Shown piece after piece: positions 31,193 through 32,000 of a stretch of 32,000 bases of DNA. Origin of the DNA: Ruminococcus albus 7 = DSM 20455. GTDB lineage: Bacteria; Bacillota; Clostridia; Oscillospirales; Ruminococcaceae. The DNA is taken from positions 2,490,001 to 2,522,000 of the forward strand of contig NC_014833.1 in NCBI RefSeq assembly GCF_000179635.2, given 5' to 3'. The notes below the pieces were generated by a model that saw only the letters and a list, made by a program, of their open reading frames with translations, searched no databases and was not told the DNA's origin. How positions within the stretch are numbered: position 1 is the stretch's first letter; each line of letters starts with the position of its first letter. A program made the position numbers and the translations under genes.

Positions 31193-31229
31193 CAAAAACG
31201 AGCGTGGGCATATGATCGCTCACGCTCGT
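31193..31229 (-). terminator. intrinsic terminator after the FAD oxidoreductase gene
   Basis: Minus strand ACGAGCGTG-(14-nt loop)-CACGCTCGT followed by TTTTTG, 15 nt after the TAG stop. Confidence 0.75.
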
Positions 31230-31243
31230 AAAATGTTAAGTAC

Positions 31244-32000
31244 CTACACCATGCCGGTAACACTGTGCTTAGCCGCTATTATGCCAAAGGTATAGCACTT
31301 GCCCAGTGAAAGTCCCGTCTGGTGGAAGGGATAATCCGCACCGCCGTAGAACTGTCCTCCCAGATTGCCCACGCAGTAAAGTCCCTCTATGGGTCTGCCG
31401 TCAGCATCCAGGGCTCTTGCATTCTCGTCGGTGATGACTCCCGATACCTCGGCAGATACACGTATATGCTTTCTCGCTCCCCAGAATGGTGCTTTCTCTA
31501 TCTTGTGCATATACTTTGCAGGCTTGCCGAAGTCCGTATCCACGCCCTTATCGCAAAGCTCGTTATAGCGGTCAACGGAAGCCTTCAGCTTGTCATAGGG
31601 TATATCAAGTTCCTTGGCAAGTTCTTCCAGTGTAGCGCATCTGTGGAGGTCTATAAGGTTCTTGAATACGCCCTGAGGATTTTCCACCGCACCCGGTATG
31701 AACTTCTCCATAACAGCAGGCGGAACTTTACCGCTTACGAACTCATCGTCAGACCAGTCCATATAGGTGCTGTCATAGACAGTGCAGTACCAGCCCTTTG
31801 AGCCTGTTTCCCTGTGTTCGGCATCCAGCATCGAGCCTTTGTATGCAGGCTGGGTTCTCAGGATATTACCCATGTATACAAATCCCGTATACTCATTGGT
31901 GAAGCGTTCGCCCTCCATATTCAGGTAGAGGAAAGGTTCTTCAAACATGAGTGCGGAATCGAAATCGTGCATCATCTTTGTATGACCGAGAGGTTCCATA
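31244..32000 (-). CDS. FAD-dependent oxidoreductase (fumarate reductase / KstD-like flavoprotein), C-terminal part; 5' end beyond window
   Basis: The reading frame is open to the window edge. The C-terminal motif GLYCVGNLGGQFYGGADYP...GLSLGKCYTFG is typical of the FAD-binding_2 family. The N-terminal GxGxxG dinucleotide fold is missing, so the gene must continue upstream. Confidence 0.78.
   Translation of the reverse strand, partial: MEPLGHTKMMHDFDSALMFEEPFLYLNMEGERFTNEYTGFVYMGNILRTQPAYKGSMLDAEHRETGSKGWYCTVYDSTYMDWSDDEFVSGKVPPAVMEKFIPGAVENPQGVFKNLIDLHRCATLEELAKELDIPYDKLKASVDRYNELCDKGVDTDFGKPAKYMHKIEKAPFWGARKHIRVSAEVSGVITDENARALDADGRPIEGLYCVGNLGGQFYGGADYPFHQTGLSLGKCYTFGIIAAKHSVTGMV

Noticed and set aside
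1-32000. Prophage, integrative element, defence island or toxin-antitoxin content
   Set aside because: No integrase, recombinase, transposase, phage structural, restriction-modification, Cas, nuclease/helicase or small paired TA-like genes were recognised. Composition looks uniform apart from AT-rich promoter regions.

Overview
32-kb chromosomal window, probably from a Firmicute of the Clostridia type. This is inferred from GGAGG-type SD sites, frequent TTG/GTG starts, an L-box riboswitch, a Bce-type module and a cohesin-like protein; the organism cannot be assigned from sequence alone. I saw no rRNA, tRNA, CRISPR array, transposase, integrase or recognisable defence gene. Content in order: (i) a lysine-riboswitch-controlled asd - metallophosphoesterase - dapA - dapB cluster (minus strand, dapB truncated at the window start); (ii) queA; (iii) a MoxR ATPase - DUF58 - transglutaminase membrane protein operon with a translationally coupled small acidic protein; (iv) a RumA-family RNA methyltransferase; (v) a 326-bp nested imperfect palindrome filling an intergenic gap; (vi) a membrane-anchored cohesin-like protein with a Tyr/Asn/Asp low-complexity tract; (vii) a cyclophilin operon with two unknown proteins; (viii) an HPD-less J-like tail-anchored protein; (ix) a c-di-GMP island, comprising a PAS-like/degenerate-GGDEF/EAL protein with a C-terminal ~29-aa-repeat solenoid, two LacI-type-PBP-GGDEF paralogues and a Zn-ribbon membrane protein; (x) a complete Bce-type peptide-antibiotic sensing/detoxification module (RR, intramembrane-sensing HK, ABC ATPase, 10-TM FtsX permease). 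This module is interrupted by two tandem paralogous small 2-TM protein genes, each behind its own copy of a ~96-nt RR-box promoter unit, and is my top candidate for something undescribed; (xi) a partial FAD oxidoreductase. All functional calls come from motif recognition by eye and recall of family signatures. No database search or folding computation was run.
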